Positions 17,999-27,841 of a stretch of 64,000 nucleotides of DNA are shown in pieces. Made by a program: the position numbers and the translations under genes. The stretch covers positions 96,001 through 160,000 of the forward strand of contig CAVXWP010000017.1 of NCBI GenBank assembly GCA_963765495.1. Reading direction: 5' to 3'. The notes under the pieces were generated by a model, which worked only from the letters and a program-made list of their open reading frames with translations, searched no databases and was not told the DNA's origin. Each line of letters begins with the position of its first letter. Within the stretch, counting starts at the first letter, position 1. The DNA is from Blastocatellia bacterium (GTDB taxonomy: Bacteria > Acidobacteriota > Blastocatellia > UBA7656).

Positions 17999-20002
17999 TC
18001 ATAGCGGCCTCCCGTCATCCGGCATTATTCCCTCGTCTTCGTCCCATGTGATCCACTGAACGGAGGGCAGGTTTTCAAGGGGCTTCCCTTCTCTGAATGA
18101 TGTTTCGGCGCGCCTCTGCGCCTGGCACGCGATGAAACGCGTTTGCGATGATTCATCTATTTTTCGAATCCAGGCGGCAGACGCGCGACCATGAGGGGAA
18201 TCAATATCCGGGGCTTCTTCCATTCCGCGCCAGGCCACGAGGTCAATCGCAAGCATGTTAGACTCTGCCGAATAAATCTCGAATACAGTCAATAGATCAC
18301 ACTGGCTCGGATGAGAGAGCAATTGAAAGCCGGGGGCTTCCTCGTTTGGTGTGAGCGGATAAATAAGCGTGTGAAAGGCAGTATGCCTGCTCCCCTCAAC
18401 CGCAACGCTTATGACAGGCGCGGGAACCTTTACGCCGTAAAGAGGGGCAGCCCATCCTGGTTCGATCTCGGGCCACAAATCCGAATCCCAGACAAAGGCG
18501 CAATCGGGAGTGCGAACAAGTGTATTTCTTCCCCGGCGCTCAAGCGTTATACGATCAAGCGATTCGGGCGAAAGATGAAAGCGAAGATCGAATCGGTGAG
18601 TGATATCACTTCGCAAATAATCCGTTATGATCCAGTATCTGCCCGCGACGAAAAAGATTCGGCGGGTGTGAACGGCATCATAAGCAAAGCTTCTGGCCTC
18701 TCCGCAAAGCATATCGAGACCGGGCGCGCTCAGGCGTCCGGTAAACTTCCCCCTGGCAATTCTATCTTTGGGCTTGCCGCGACGATAGGGCGTCTGGTTC
18801 AAGCGGTCTACCAAAACCGTGTTGTGCGCGGCAGTTCCTTTGAACCACTGCCGCCAGTTTGGAGCCTGTTCCGAATACGTGTATCGCCCGGGGTCTATGA
18901 CAATCGGGCGGTTGTGAGCCGTTATCTCTATGTTGAGCAGATCATAGTGGCCGTGGCCTCCGTCGCCCAGGGGTCCGCAATCGAATATCAGGAATCGCTC
19001 GTCACGGTAAGCCTCCGGGCCTTCCCCCCAGCCGCTCCGCTGAATGTAGTAGCCGCCTGCGGGAAACCCCGTCAGCCGCTTTCCGGGCGGAACGCCCTTC
19101 ACGCCCGATGTCGCGACATAGAGAAAATCAGGGCGAGAAAAAATTGAGGCGGCAAGCTCAAGCAGGTCTGTATAACTGCCCGTGTCGCTGTCTGAGAGCG
19201 CAGGGATAGAGCCATCCGGGCGGTGGCAATACATGGCAAATTCACACGCTCGCTCAAGCCTTTCATCAAATTCAGCCGAGATTTTCAAATCAAATCGGCG
19301 GGCGTTTTCGCGCGCCCCGAGAAACGATCTGAGTGCTGTCATGTGATAATGCGTAGAGCCTTCCCTGTGCACACCGTCGGGGCGGATGTCGGTCAGCAGA
19401 TTGCGGTGAAGTTGATCGACGGCGAATCGAAGCAGGTGTTTGCGAGGATCAATTTCAGGCAGCGCAAGGGCTGCGATGAGCAGCGCATAAAGCTCCAACG
19501 TTCGATGATTGCGCTCAGGAGTCAGGTGCTTTCGCAAGTGGCTGATCTGTAGAGTGATGCTCTCGATGATTTCTTTGGCCAGAGTTGCTCTGAGGCCCTT
19601 GAACTCGGGCGAGCGCGAAAATATATTCCACGCGTAAATCCAGTTTTGTATGCGACGGCCCGCAACATCGCTCGTGCCGAAATCTACAGGGACTTGCTTT
19701 ATCCAGGACCGCACGAGCCGTTCCCACGTTTCGAGGAATTTACGATTCCCCGTTTCGCAAAATGCCTGTGCAAGATCAAGCCCGTAATAAAACTTGTGCC
19801 ACTCGATCTGCCACTCTTCATCGGGCGGGAGATCACTGGTCAGCCAGTCAGGCTCGACCCCAAGCTCTAAAGTAATTCCGATGTGTGTAAATCGCCCCGC
19901 GCAAAGTTCTTCGGCGACCCTCCGATTGCGGTGAGCCTGCTCGACCACACAAAAGACCGAACGTGGTTTTGTTCGCGAGCCGAAGAGCGCACCTGCGATC
20001 AT
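17999..20002 (-). CDS. Heparinase II/III / alginate-lyase family protein
   Basis: NH motif (ERNHRTLE), DGVHREGSTHYH, GHGHYDLL, DPGRYTY and GTAAHNTV motifs; ATG 20002 preceded by GGAGG. Confidence 0.85.
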   Translation of the reverse strand: MIAGALFGSRTKPRSVFCVVEQAHRNRRVAEELCAGRFTHIGITLELGVEPDWLTSDLPPDEEWQIEWHKFYYGLDLAQAFCETGNRKFLETWERLVRSWIKQVPVDFGTSDVAGRRIQNWIYAWNIFSRSPEFKGLRATLAKEIIESITLQISHLRKHLTPERNHRTLELYALLIAALALPEIDPRKHLLRFAVDQLHRNLLTDIRPDGVHREGSTHYHMTALRSFLGARENARRFDLKISAEFDERLERACEFAMYCHRPDGSIPALSDSDTGSYTDLLELAASIFSRPDFLYVATSGVKGVPPGKRLTGFPAGGYYIQRSGWGEGPEAYRDERFLIFDCGPLGDGGHGHYDLLNIEITAHNRPIVIDPGRYTYSEQAPNWRQWFKGTAAHNTVLVDRLNQTPYRRGKPKDRIARGKFTGRLSAPGLDMLCGEARSFAYDAVHTRRIFFVAGRYWIITDYLRSDITHRFDLRFHLSPESLDRITLERRGRNTLVRTPDCAFVWDSDLWPEIEPGWAAPLYGVKVPAPVISVAVEGSRHTAFHTLIYPLTPNEEAPGFQLLSHPSQCDLLTVFEIYSAESNMLAIDLVAWRGMEEAPDIDSPHGRASAAWIRKIDESSQTRFIACQAQRRAETSFREGKPLENLPSVQWITWDEDEGIMPDDGRPL

Positions 20003-20299
20003 CGCTGAACCTCCGTGAACAGGGGTATCAGTTGTGAAACAAGGCGAGCCTTGCCAAAACATTTGCGGGCGGTCGCCTGAGCCTCAAATCTACAGCAGGT
20101 TGGCAAGCTCTCGGTTCCGGTTGAAAAGGTTATCTCAATCGCAGACATCTGGTATGCATGTATTCTTGCCTCTTTCAAAAATGGGTAATAGAACGAGATA
20201 ATTGACAAAAAATGACCCCTCTTAACAGAGCACAGGCGTGGACGCGGATTCAAGTACGAAGTGCAACGACCTATCGTTAATTGATCCAGATGGTTATGA

Positions 20300-20359
20300 G
20301 TTAGTTGTTTTTGAAAGCCCTGCAATTCCAATGGTTGAGGGCTTTCAAAAACAACTAAC
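20300..20359. repeat. Perfect 22-bp AT-rich inverted repeat
   Basis: GTTAGTTGTTTTTGAAAGCCCT-16 nt-AGGGCTTTCAAAAACAACTAAC. Confidence 0.9.
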
Positions 20360-20404
20360 CGGCTATATTGCCGTAGATACCCCTATTGCACTTCGCTGTT
20401 GAAT

Positions 20405-21121
20405 TCACCTGAGCCTGATACCCGTGAAGTGTTCATTTTCCAGATGACATTGCTGCCATTTATCTCCGAATAGATATAGTTCTCCTTCCTCATCTTTGAT
20501 TATCTGGGTGATCAGGTTTGACCGTAATCCATCAGCCTCGGTGTAGGTTTCGAATCCGTTTCTGGCAATCTTTATAGCTCCAACGAGCGGAGAGGCTATC
20601 CATATATTGCCGTCGCTTCCCGCCCAGAGCCTTCCATCGCGGTCTTCAAAGAGAACGTTGACGCGATTCGACTGGTTAGTATCGCCCACCGGGTAAACCG
20701 TAAATAGCTTTCTCGTTTCGCCTTTCCTCTCAGTTGCCGACAGGGTCGCGGTCTGTCCTGGTCCAGATGGAGAGTCGTTGAACTTGCAGACTCCGCTGCC
20801 GTTTGTGGCAACCCAGTAAAGGCCGTCGCGCGTTGCCAGGAAGTAATTATATTCCGGGAATGCAATGCCTTGATCGAGGCCGTAAGTGGTAAAGTTCTGA
20901 CCATCGAATCGGCTGAGTCCATCCGTAGAGCAGAACCAGAGAAAGCCCTGAGGATCGCGGAAAATCCTGGCAAGTGAGGTGTGAGAAAGTCCCTCGGATG
21001 AAGTGTAGATCTTTATTGACAGCCGCTCTGCATACGCGATCCTTGACAGGACAACAATCAACGCCGGCAACCCGATGGTTCTAAAAAATCCCGACCGCCA
21101 TAGATATTCGCAATCCTGCAT
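20405..21121 (-). pseudogene. Truncated ligand-binding beta-propeller (two-component regulator propeller) sensor remnant
   Basis: Signal peptide and blades YTSSEGLSH, DPQGFLWFCSTDGLSRFDG, EDRDGRLWAGS, YTEADGL. Only 238 aa, with no TM or kinase domain. Confidence 0.65.
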
Positions 21122-21181
21122 ACGAACCTCTTATGAGGAGCACATTCACTCGAAGCCGGTTTATCTTCGGGGCTTTGAGCG

Positions 21182-21210
21182 ATGATATGAAGTATGCAGG
21201 TAGAAGTCAA
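21182..21210 (-). promoter_or_regulatory. Sigma70 promoter of the truncated sensor gene
   Basis: Minus strand TTGACT-17 nt-TATCAT. Confidence 0.6.
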
Positions 21211-21228
21211 GAATCGGTCACTTGACCA

Positions 21229-22281
21229 TTATTTCTTTTCCAGTCTCTTGGCGAGCCGTTTGACGTGCTGCACAGCCAGAGGCGCGTAAGTTCCCGAATT
21301 ACACGCGCGATATTCGGCCAGAGCTTCCTCAAGAAGCCCCTGTCGCTCGTAGGCCATCGCTATCAGATAATGCAGATCATCGTCTGACGGCCGGAGTCTC
21401 AAGGCCGCCCGGAACCTGCTTGCGGCCTCGGCAAACCGATTCTTTCCAAGCGCCTCAAGCCCGCTCTTCTTGAGTTCTTCGGCAGTTGGGCGGGGTTCCT
21501 CCTTTGGCGGCGGCTCGCTTGCCTTTGGCGGCTCGGCCGGAGGTTTATCAGGTTCGGGCGTGGCGGCAGCCGTCGTATTCGCATCCTCGGATGAGCCTGC
21601 ATCTTTCCCGTCTTCATCGCCTGCCTTCCCGCCCGCGCGATTTTCGTTGGCGCGTTTTGGGCGATTGCTATTATCGGATTTACTCTCATTCGAATTTTCG
21701 AGATCCAATGAGAGGCCCTCCGCCACTGCCTCGGAATCATTCGCATTCGAGACCGCCGGGGGAGCGCCGCTTTCAGCAGCCGTCTCTTCGCTGCCCGTAG
21801 CAACCTCGCTTGATCCTTTGCTGAAATGGAGGGCGAGCATCACACCTGCCGCTATCACGACGAGGCCAAGCAGAATGCCGAGGGGCAAAAGCATTCGATT
21901 GTTCGACCGAGCGCGAACCGGCCCGGTGGAGTGCGGAATCGGCCCGGTCGCATCGGCGACCGGAGCAAATTCCTGAGAGCGTCTTGCCGGTTCAATCGCC
22001 CCGGTGTCGACCGGCCTCGCTTGCGGAAGCTCGACGGTCGGGGCTGACGGCGGAGGCTCTACTGCGGGCATAGTCCTCGTCTTCAAATCCTGAGAATCAG
22101 ATAACGCGGTCGAAGAGAAGCCCTCTACCTGAGAGCCTCCGAAGACGATTGTTTCGATGGGTTGAGCCTCGGAAGACTGCGCGCTTGAAAGGTCTTCCGT
22201 AGTAGTTTGCCGTCCGCATTTTCTACAATACTTCAGGCCCTCGCCCATCGGAGAGCCGCAAAAGGAACAAAATGAGGGCAT
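21229..22281 (-). CDS. Zinc-ribbon, single-TM, C-terminal TPR protein
   Basis: FCSFCG...YCRKCG zinc ribbon, disordered linker, hydrophobic TM, TPR pair at the C-terminus; GGAGA RBS. Confidence 0.85.
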   Translation of the reverse strand: MPSFCSFCGSPMGEGLKYCRKCGRQTTTEDLSSAQSSEAQPIETIVFGGSQVEGFSSTALSDSQDLKTRTMPAVEPPPSAPTVELPQARPVDTGAIEPARRSQEFAPVADATGPIPHSTGPVRARSNNRMLLPLGILLGLVVIAAGVMLALHFSKGSSEVATGSEETAAESGAPPAVSNANDSEAVAEGLSLDLENSNESKSDNSNRPKRANENRAGGKAGDEDGKDAGSSEDANTTAAATPEPDKPPAEPPKASEPPPKEEPRPTAEELKKSGLEALGKNRFAEAASRFRAALRLRPSDDDLHYLIAMAYERQGLLEEALAEYRACNSGTYAPLAVQHVKRLAKRLEKK

Positions 22282-22592
22282 AATTTATCTCCTCGATTCA
22301 AGTAATCCTGACCCGCCTGTTTTGACCGGCATTCATTCTGGATTTCGCATCATCAATTTACTCAACGAATTTCTACGCATTTTCCGAGTCTTCAGTTCTC
22401 TTTACGTCGCATCACTTCCCCGGCGGCCTCGGAAGAATACTACATTGCACGCGTTGAAATCACCATCGAGCCGGGGGAGTCTTTCGCCACTCTCAGATGC
22501 AGGGCGGCCGCGTCAGGTTTGCAGTCTGGCTCAACAGGGAATAAAATTGCGACGCAAAATTCTAATAGAGAAAACAATTCGGAGGTGCGCTT

Positions 22593-24596
22593 ATGCTGAA
22601 AGCGGTTATTTTCTTTCTGGTTGTGTTTGTCCTGTTCCAGGCCCCGCGCGCGCTGGCTCAGAACGTCAAGACTGTTGAAATAACTCCGGCTGTGTCGGAG
22701 GCCGAGGTAGGGCAGCAATTGAAATTCACCGCAACGGCCAAAGATGCTGCGGGTCAGACGGTTGATATAAAACCCGCCGCGTGGTTTGCAGCGCCGTTTG
22801 ATCTTGCGGCTGCCGATGAGTCCGGCACCGTCAGCGTCTTTCAACCCGGCGAAGTCCGCGTAGGCGCTGTTGTCGGGGGCAAAATCGGCTATGCCACAAT
22901 CCTGGTAAGGCCCGCGCGAATCACAAGCATCGAAATCGACCCTATCAATCAGCCGGTCGTGGTCGGCGGCGCGATAAAGCTGGATGCTACGGCTCGCACC
23001 GCAAACGGCGACCCGCGCAACGACGTGGTTTTCGCCTGGGCTTCAAGTGATCCTTCTATCGCAACAGTAGACGCGGGAGGGCTTGTGACGGGCGTAAAAC
23101 CGGGCACGACAAAGCTATGGGCAAAGGAAGCAACCGGAGATTCGAATGCCGCCACCGGCGCTATAACTATAAAGGTCGCGCCCGATCCTGTGCGCGCCCT
23201 GTTTATCGAGCCAAAATCAAGCAGCGCGCGAACGGGCGATGTAGTGCGCTTCACGGCTCGCGCTATGGATGCAAGCGACGCGCAGACAGCGAATCCTTCC
23301 GTCCGGTGGGCCGTGAGCGGCGAAGGAGCCATGATAGAACCGGACGGCGGCTTTGTGGCCGCCCGTCCCGGCACTTATGTGATAACGGCCGTTAGCGGAG
23401 AGCATACGGCTGTGGCTTCGATAGTCGTCACGCCGCGCAATGCCGAGCGGGAAATAGAGATAGTCGGGCGCGCGCCTTTCAAAGATTTCCAGGCTGCCGA
23501 GCAGTGGATTTTCGGGCATTACGCCTATGTCTCGTCCGTATCAGACAAGCTTCTGATTTATGACATCTCCGATCCTTCAAATCCGAAACTGACCGATACC
23601 GTCAAGGTTGATGCGCGCCACATAAACGATGTCAGCACGACAGCCGACAACCAGATCGCGGTCATCACTCGCGAAGGAGCATCGAGTCGCAAAAACGGCA
23701 TAGTCTTTCTCGACACATCAGACCCCGCGCACCCAAAGGTGATCTCCGAATACACCGCCACGGTCACGGGCGGCGTTCACAGCGCCTTTATCGACGGCCA
23801 CTACGTATATCTGACCGATGATGCTACGGGGTCGCTCAGGGTCATCGATTTCAAGGATGTGAAAGCACCAAAGGAAGTAACTCGCTGGGAGGTGCAAAAC
23901 CCCGTAGCGCGTTCGATTCGTTCACCGTTCGGCGATACGATAGCGGGCCGGTATCTGCACGATGTTCAGGTCAAAGACGGTTTGATATATCTGGCATACT
24001 GGCGCGACGGGATGATCATTCTCGATGTCGGTAACGGGATAAAAGGCGGCAGCCCGGAACATCCTCAACTGGTCAGCCAGATTCGATTCAACTACCACGA
24101 ACTCTACGGCGACGGATGGCTTGCGGGCGCTCACGCTGTCTTTCGCTACAAGAACTATGTATTCGTAGGCGATGAAGTCTTTCCCGCTCAATTCAATATC
24201 CAGGACAAGAAACGCATCCCGGTTCGCGGCATCGTCCACGTAGTCGATGTATCGGACATCAATCACCCGCGCAAAGTAGCAGAATACGGCGTGCCCGAGG
24301 CTGGATCGCACAACATCTGGGCAAAGGATGATGTGCTTTACATGGGCTATTACAACGGAGGCGGACGAATACTCGACATATCAGGTGAGTTGCGCGGCGA
24401 CCTCTATAGCCAGGGGCGCGAAATAGGGCGACTCTGGACGGGCGATGCCGACGGGTTCCGCTCGAACCTGCCCTTCACCTGGGGGGCGCAACCCGAAGGC
24501 GACCTGATTTTCTTTAACGACATGAACACAGGGATATGGATAGTCAAACTCGGCAAGCCAAAAGTCAAAGGCTCGACCACAGTACCCGGAACGTAA
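22593..24596 (+). CDS. Secreted Ig-like (Big_2) plus LVIVD-repeat beta-propeller protein
   Basis: Signal peptide; WASSDPSIATVDAGGLVTG; repeats LLIYDISDPSNP, VFLDTSDPAHP, VVDVSDINHP; GGAGG RBS. Confidence 0.85.
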   Translation: MLKAVIFFLVVFVLFQAPRALAQNVKTVEITPAVSEAEVGQQLKFTATAKDAAGQTVDIKPAAWFAAPFDLAAADESGTVSVFQPGEVRVGAVVGGKIGYATILVRPARITSIEIDPINQPVVVGGAIKLDATARTANGDPRNDVVFAWASSDPSIATVDAGGLVTGVKPGTTKLWAKEATGDSNAATGAITIKVAPDPVRALFIEPKSSSARTGDVVRFTARAMDASDAQTANPSVRWAVSGEGAMIEPDGGFVAARPGTYVITAVSGEHTAVASIVVTPRNAEREIEIVGRAPFKDFQAAEQWIFGHYAYVSSVSDKLLIYDISDPSNPKLTDTVKVDARHINDVSTTADNQIAVITREGASSRKNGIVFLDTSDPAHPKVISEYTATVTGGVHSAFIDGHYVYLTDDATGSLRVIDFKDVKAPKEVTRWEVQNPVARSIRSPFGDTIAGRYLHDVQVKDGLIYLAYWRDGMIILDVGNGIKGGSPEHPQLVSQIRFNYHELYGDGWLAGAHAVFRYKNYVFVGDEVFPAQFNIQDKKRIPVRGIVHVVDVSDINHPRKVAEYGVPEAGSHNIWAKDDVLYMGYYNGGGRILDISGELRGDLYSQGREIGRLWTGDADGFRSNLPFTWGAQPEGDLIFFNDMNTGIWIVKLGKPKVKGSTTVPGT

Positions 24597-24600
24597 CCAA

Positions 24601-24691
24601 TGAAGCGTGATGCGTGATGCGTGAGATTTGCAATCGTCCGTGAAAAACCAGTTGCGTGAAAATCACGCATCACGCATCACGCTTCACGCAT
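24601..24691. repeat. Inverted heptamer-array hairpin, (GTGATGC)n family
   Basis: TGAAGCGTGATGCGTGATGCGTGA ... TCACGCATCACGCATCACGCTTCACGCAT. Confidence 0.9.
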
Positions 24692-24760
24692 AAGTGTCAT
24701 TGCCTTTCCCCTTTACGCGCCTACGTGGTATTCTTGGTATTCTCGTTTGAATACCCGGCT

Positions 24761-26404
24761 ATGGATACGCAGACTGCCACTACTAACCGCGAGCACTTTG
24801 AAAAACTGGTCGGCGAGCTAAAAGCCCTCGAAGAAAGATTGCGCCAGGGAGGCGGACCCGAACGCATCGCAAGAGAGCATAAAAGAGGCAAGCTTACCGC
24901 CCGCGAACGCATCAGTCTTCTTTTCGATCAAGACTCTTACTTCCAGGAAATAGGCTTAATGGTCGCCTATGACCAGTATGACGGGCAGGGTCCGGCTGCC
25001 GGGGTAGTTACAGGATTCGGGCGAGCAGGCGGGCGCGAAGCTGTGGTCGTCGCAAATGATGCCACGGTCAAGGCCGGGTCGTGGTGGCCTGAGACGATCA
25101 AGAAGATCCTCAGGGCGCAAGAGATCGCCATGCGCTGCCGTGTGCCGATCATCTATCTGGTCGATTCGGCGGGCGTAAATCTTCCTTATCAAGGCGGCGT
25201 CTTTCCGGGCCAGTACGGCGCGGGGCGGATTTTCTTTTACAACTCGGTCATGCGGCGTTATCTGAAAGTGCCGCAGCTTGCCGCCGTTATGGGTCCCTGT
25301 GTTGCTGGCGGCGCTTATTTGCCCGCCCTCTCAGACATGATAATCATGGTCGAAGGCACATCGTTTATGGGGCTTGGCGGCCCGAACCTTGTGAAGGGAG
25401 CCGTAGGCCAGATTGTTGACAGCGAGACGCTTGGCGGCGCTCGCACTCATAACGAAATTTCAGGCGTCGCTCATTACCGCGCAAAAAATGATGAGGAGTG
25501 CATAGCCAAACTCCGCGCTCTGATGACCGAACTGCCGCTGCCTGCCGAGACCCGAGTGCCTGTCAAAGAACCTGTGGATGCGAGCCGGCCCGTAACCGAT
25601 ATTTACGAGATCATCCCCGCAGACCACCGCCATCCATACGATATGCGCGACGTGCTCGCCTGCATAATCGATGGCGGGGATTTCGAGGAATTCCAGGCCG
25701 ATTACGCAAAAGAGATGCTCACAGGTTACGCCCGGATAGAAGGCATCCCCGTAGGCATAATCGCAAACCAGCGCGGATTGATTCGCGGCCCCGCCGGGAA
25801 ACCGCCCAAATTCGGCGGGATCATTTATACGGATTCGGCGGAAAAGGTCGCATATTTCATAGAGACTTGCAACCGGCACGAAACGCCGCTGCTCTTTCTG
25901 CAAGACGTGTCGGGCTTTATGGTAGGGACCGACGCAGAGCATTCCGGCATCATACGCGCAGGCGCGCGATTCGTCGAAGCGATGGCGACGGCTACGGTCC
26001 CGAAATTCGTCCTGACGATCAATCACGCATCGGGCGCGGGCTACTATGCGATGGCGGGACAGGGATTTGATCCGGATTTCATATTCACATGGCCTACGGG
26101 GCGGATGGGCGTGATGGAAGGCGATTCGGCCGTTATGGCCCTGTTCAGCGCCGAGCTTGAGAAACTCGAACGACAGGGAGAGAAGCCCGGGCAGGAGATG
26201 CGCGAGCAGATGGACAGGGTTCGCGCCGAATACGATGAGCAAATGGATGCCAGATATGCAGGCGCTCGCGGGTTTGTGGATGCAATCATATACCCTGAAG
26301 ATACACGCGCGGCGCTTGAGCTTGCGCTTCGCACCGCTCTCAATAACCCGGGTCCACACCTGGGCGTGCCGGTTCTGCCTTACGGCACAAGGATTGAGTG
26401 TTGA
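24761..26404 (+). CDS. Acyl-CoA carboxylase carboxyltransferase (beta) subunit, MCC-like
   Basis: GKLTARERI, VANDATVKAG, YLVDSAG, GPCVAGGAY, QDVSGFMVG and SGAGYYAMAG motifs; start set to ATG 24761. Confidence 0.92.
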   Translation: MDTQTATTNREHFEKLVGELKALEERLRQGGGPERIAREHKRGKLTARERISLLFDQDSYFQEIGLMVAYDQYDGQGPAAGVVTGFGRAGGREAVVVANDATVKAGSWWPETIKKILRAQEIAMRCRVPIIYLVDSAGVNLPYQGGVFPGQYGAGRIFFYNSVMRRYLKVPQLAAVMGPCVAGGAYLPALSDMIIMVEGTSFMGLGGPNLVKGAVGQIVDSETLGGARTHNEISGVAHYRAKNDEECIAKLRALMTELPLPAETRVPVKEPVDASRPVTDIYEIIPADHRHPYDMRDVLACIIDGGDFEEFQADYAKEMLTGYARIEGIPVGIIANQRGLIRGPAGKPPKFGGIIYTDSAEKVAYFIETCNRHETPLLFLQDVSGFMVGTDAEHSGIIRAGARFVEAMATATVPKFVLTINHASGAGYYAMAGQGFDPDFIFTWPTGRMGVMEGDSAVMALFSAELEKLERQGEKPGQEMREQMDRVRAEYDEQMDARYAGARGFVDAIIYPEDTRAALELALRTALNNPGPHLGVPVLPYGTRIEC

Positions 26405-26499
26405 TAGTCGGCCCGCCTGAGGGGAAGGACGCGCCTGCCGGGCCTGTTTTCAAAATAACTTAGACCTGAAACCAGACTGCCTCGAAAGGGGGACATTCC

Positions 26500-27435
26500 A
26501 TGAAGAAACGATTTCCAATCTTTAAACTCGCGGCCATCTTCTGCTTACTGGCGGCGATGATGGCCGCAAGCTGCGCTCCGCAAGAGACCGGCAACACAAA
26601 TACGGCCAACTCAAATATGGCCAATAAGAATGCCTCGGCGCAAAACTCCGGCACTCCTGCCGAGGCCAAGCCAATGGGGGCCGAAGCCCCGGGTTATTAC
26701 ATGGCCGGACCTACGGGCGATGTTTCGCTCAAATTCACCCAGCCGCCCGACGGCGAGACGATTCAAGGTGATTCCATCGCGCCTACGTTCACCATAAGCG
26801 GGTATCCGATCTACAAGGACGACGAGCGCAACAAGGGGCAGCACATCCACGTCATCCTTGATAACGAGCCTTACGAAGCCGACTATAAGCCGGGCGAACC
26901 CTTCAATCCCGCGAAATTCCAGAACCTGAAAGAAGGCACGCACACCTTGCGCGCGTTCCCCAGCCGCGAGTGGCACGAATCAATAAAAGAGACCGACGCT
27001 AGCGATTTCGACATGGTGGTCTTCAACGTAAAGTCGGCCTCACCGGGAGTCAAAGTCGATAAGGCGGCACCCCTCCTGACCTATTCGCGACCCAAGGGCG
27101 AGTACAAATGGAATGACCATCCGAAAGGCGTGATGCTCGACTTTTACGTTACAAACGCCACGCTTGGGCCAAACGATTACAAGGTGAAGTACACGCTCGA
27201 CAGTAAGGCTCCGCAGATAGTGACCCGGTGGGAGCCGATCTGGTGGAAATGGGAAGAACTGGGCGCGGGCCAGCACAAGATCGTGCTTGAGCTTCTGGAC
27301 AAGGACAGCAAGCCGGTTCCTTTCAAGGTCGGAAACACCGACTATAACCACACAGAGCGCACATTTACCGTGCTTGCTCAGGGCCAGATGTCGAGCGGAA
27401 ACTCAAATGCCAACAGCAACACAAGCGGGCATTGA
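26500..27435 (+). CDS. Lipoprotein of unknown function with HxH motif
   Basis: Lipobox AASC, Asn-rich linker, GQHIHVILDNEPY, GTHTLRAFPSREWHES. Confidence 0.8.
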   Translation: MKKRFPIFKLAAIFCLLAAMMAASCAPQETGNTNTANSNMANKNASAQNSGTPAEAKPMGAEAPGYYMAGPTGDVSLKFTQPPDGETIQGDSIAPTFTISGYPIYKDDERNKGQHIHVILDNEPYEADYKPGEPFNPAKFQNLKEGTHTLRAFPSREWHESIKETDASDFDMVVFNVKSASPGVKVDKAAPLLTYSRPKGEYKWNDHPKGVMLDFYVTNATLGPNDYKVKYTLDSKAPQIVTRWEPIWWKWEELGAGQHKIVLELLDKDSKPVPFKVGNTDYNHTERTFTVLAQGQMSSGNSNANSNTSGH

Positions 27436-27469
27436 GACTTCCGGTTAAAAGACATCCGATTTCAGGCAT

Positions 27470-27518
27470 TTTCTACGCGTCTTTGCGATCTGTAATTTCT
27501 CGCAAAGACGCGTAGAAA
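27470..27518. repeat. Perfect 19-bp inverted repeat (hairpin or terminator)
   Basis: TTTCTACGCGTCTTTGCGA-11 nt-TCGCAAAGACGCGTAGAAA, 35 nt after the lipoprotein stop. Confidence 0.8.
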
Positions 27519-27812
27519 TCCAGGGTTTCACATCCGTCGGCAACTTTTCCCCGGCTGGAAATGGACCGATGAATAATTGCTCTCACTTTATAATCTGTCG
27601 TTATTTGGGGCAGGAGGCGTTCTGAGCCTTTGTCGGGCAATTCGGCCCTGACGACGAAAGAGGCTTCCAAAAACGGGAATCAGATTTAGTCAGGAAGAAG
27701 CCACCCGAAACTGCCACAGCGCATGAAAAGGGCCGGGATTTGGCAATATTGCGATTTCGACGCGATTTGGCCCTAACTTATTGGCATTACATTCAAAGGC
27801 TTGAACAAAAGC

Positions 27813-27841
27813 TTGACTTGACCACGCATTAGAGATACCAT
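27813..27841 (+). promoter_or_regulatory. Sigma70 promoter about 540 nt upstream of the Cys-rich secreted protein gene
   Basis: TTGACT-17 nt-TACCAT. Confidence 0.55.

Noticed and set aside
19999-20331. 110-aa minus-strand ORF upstream of the heparinase gene
   Set aside because: It starts inside an inverted repeat, has no clear RBS and no recognisable motifs.
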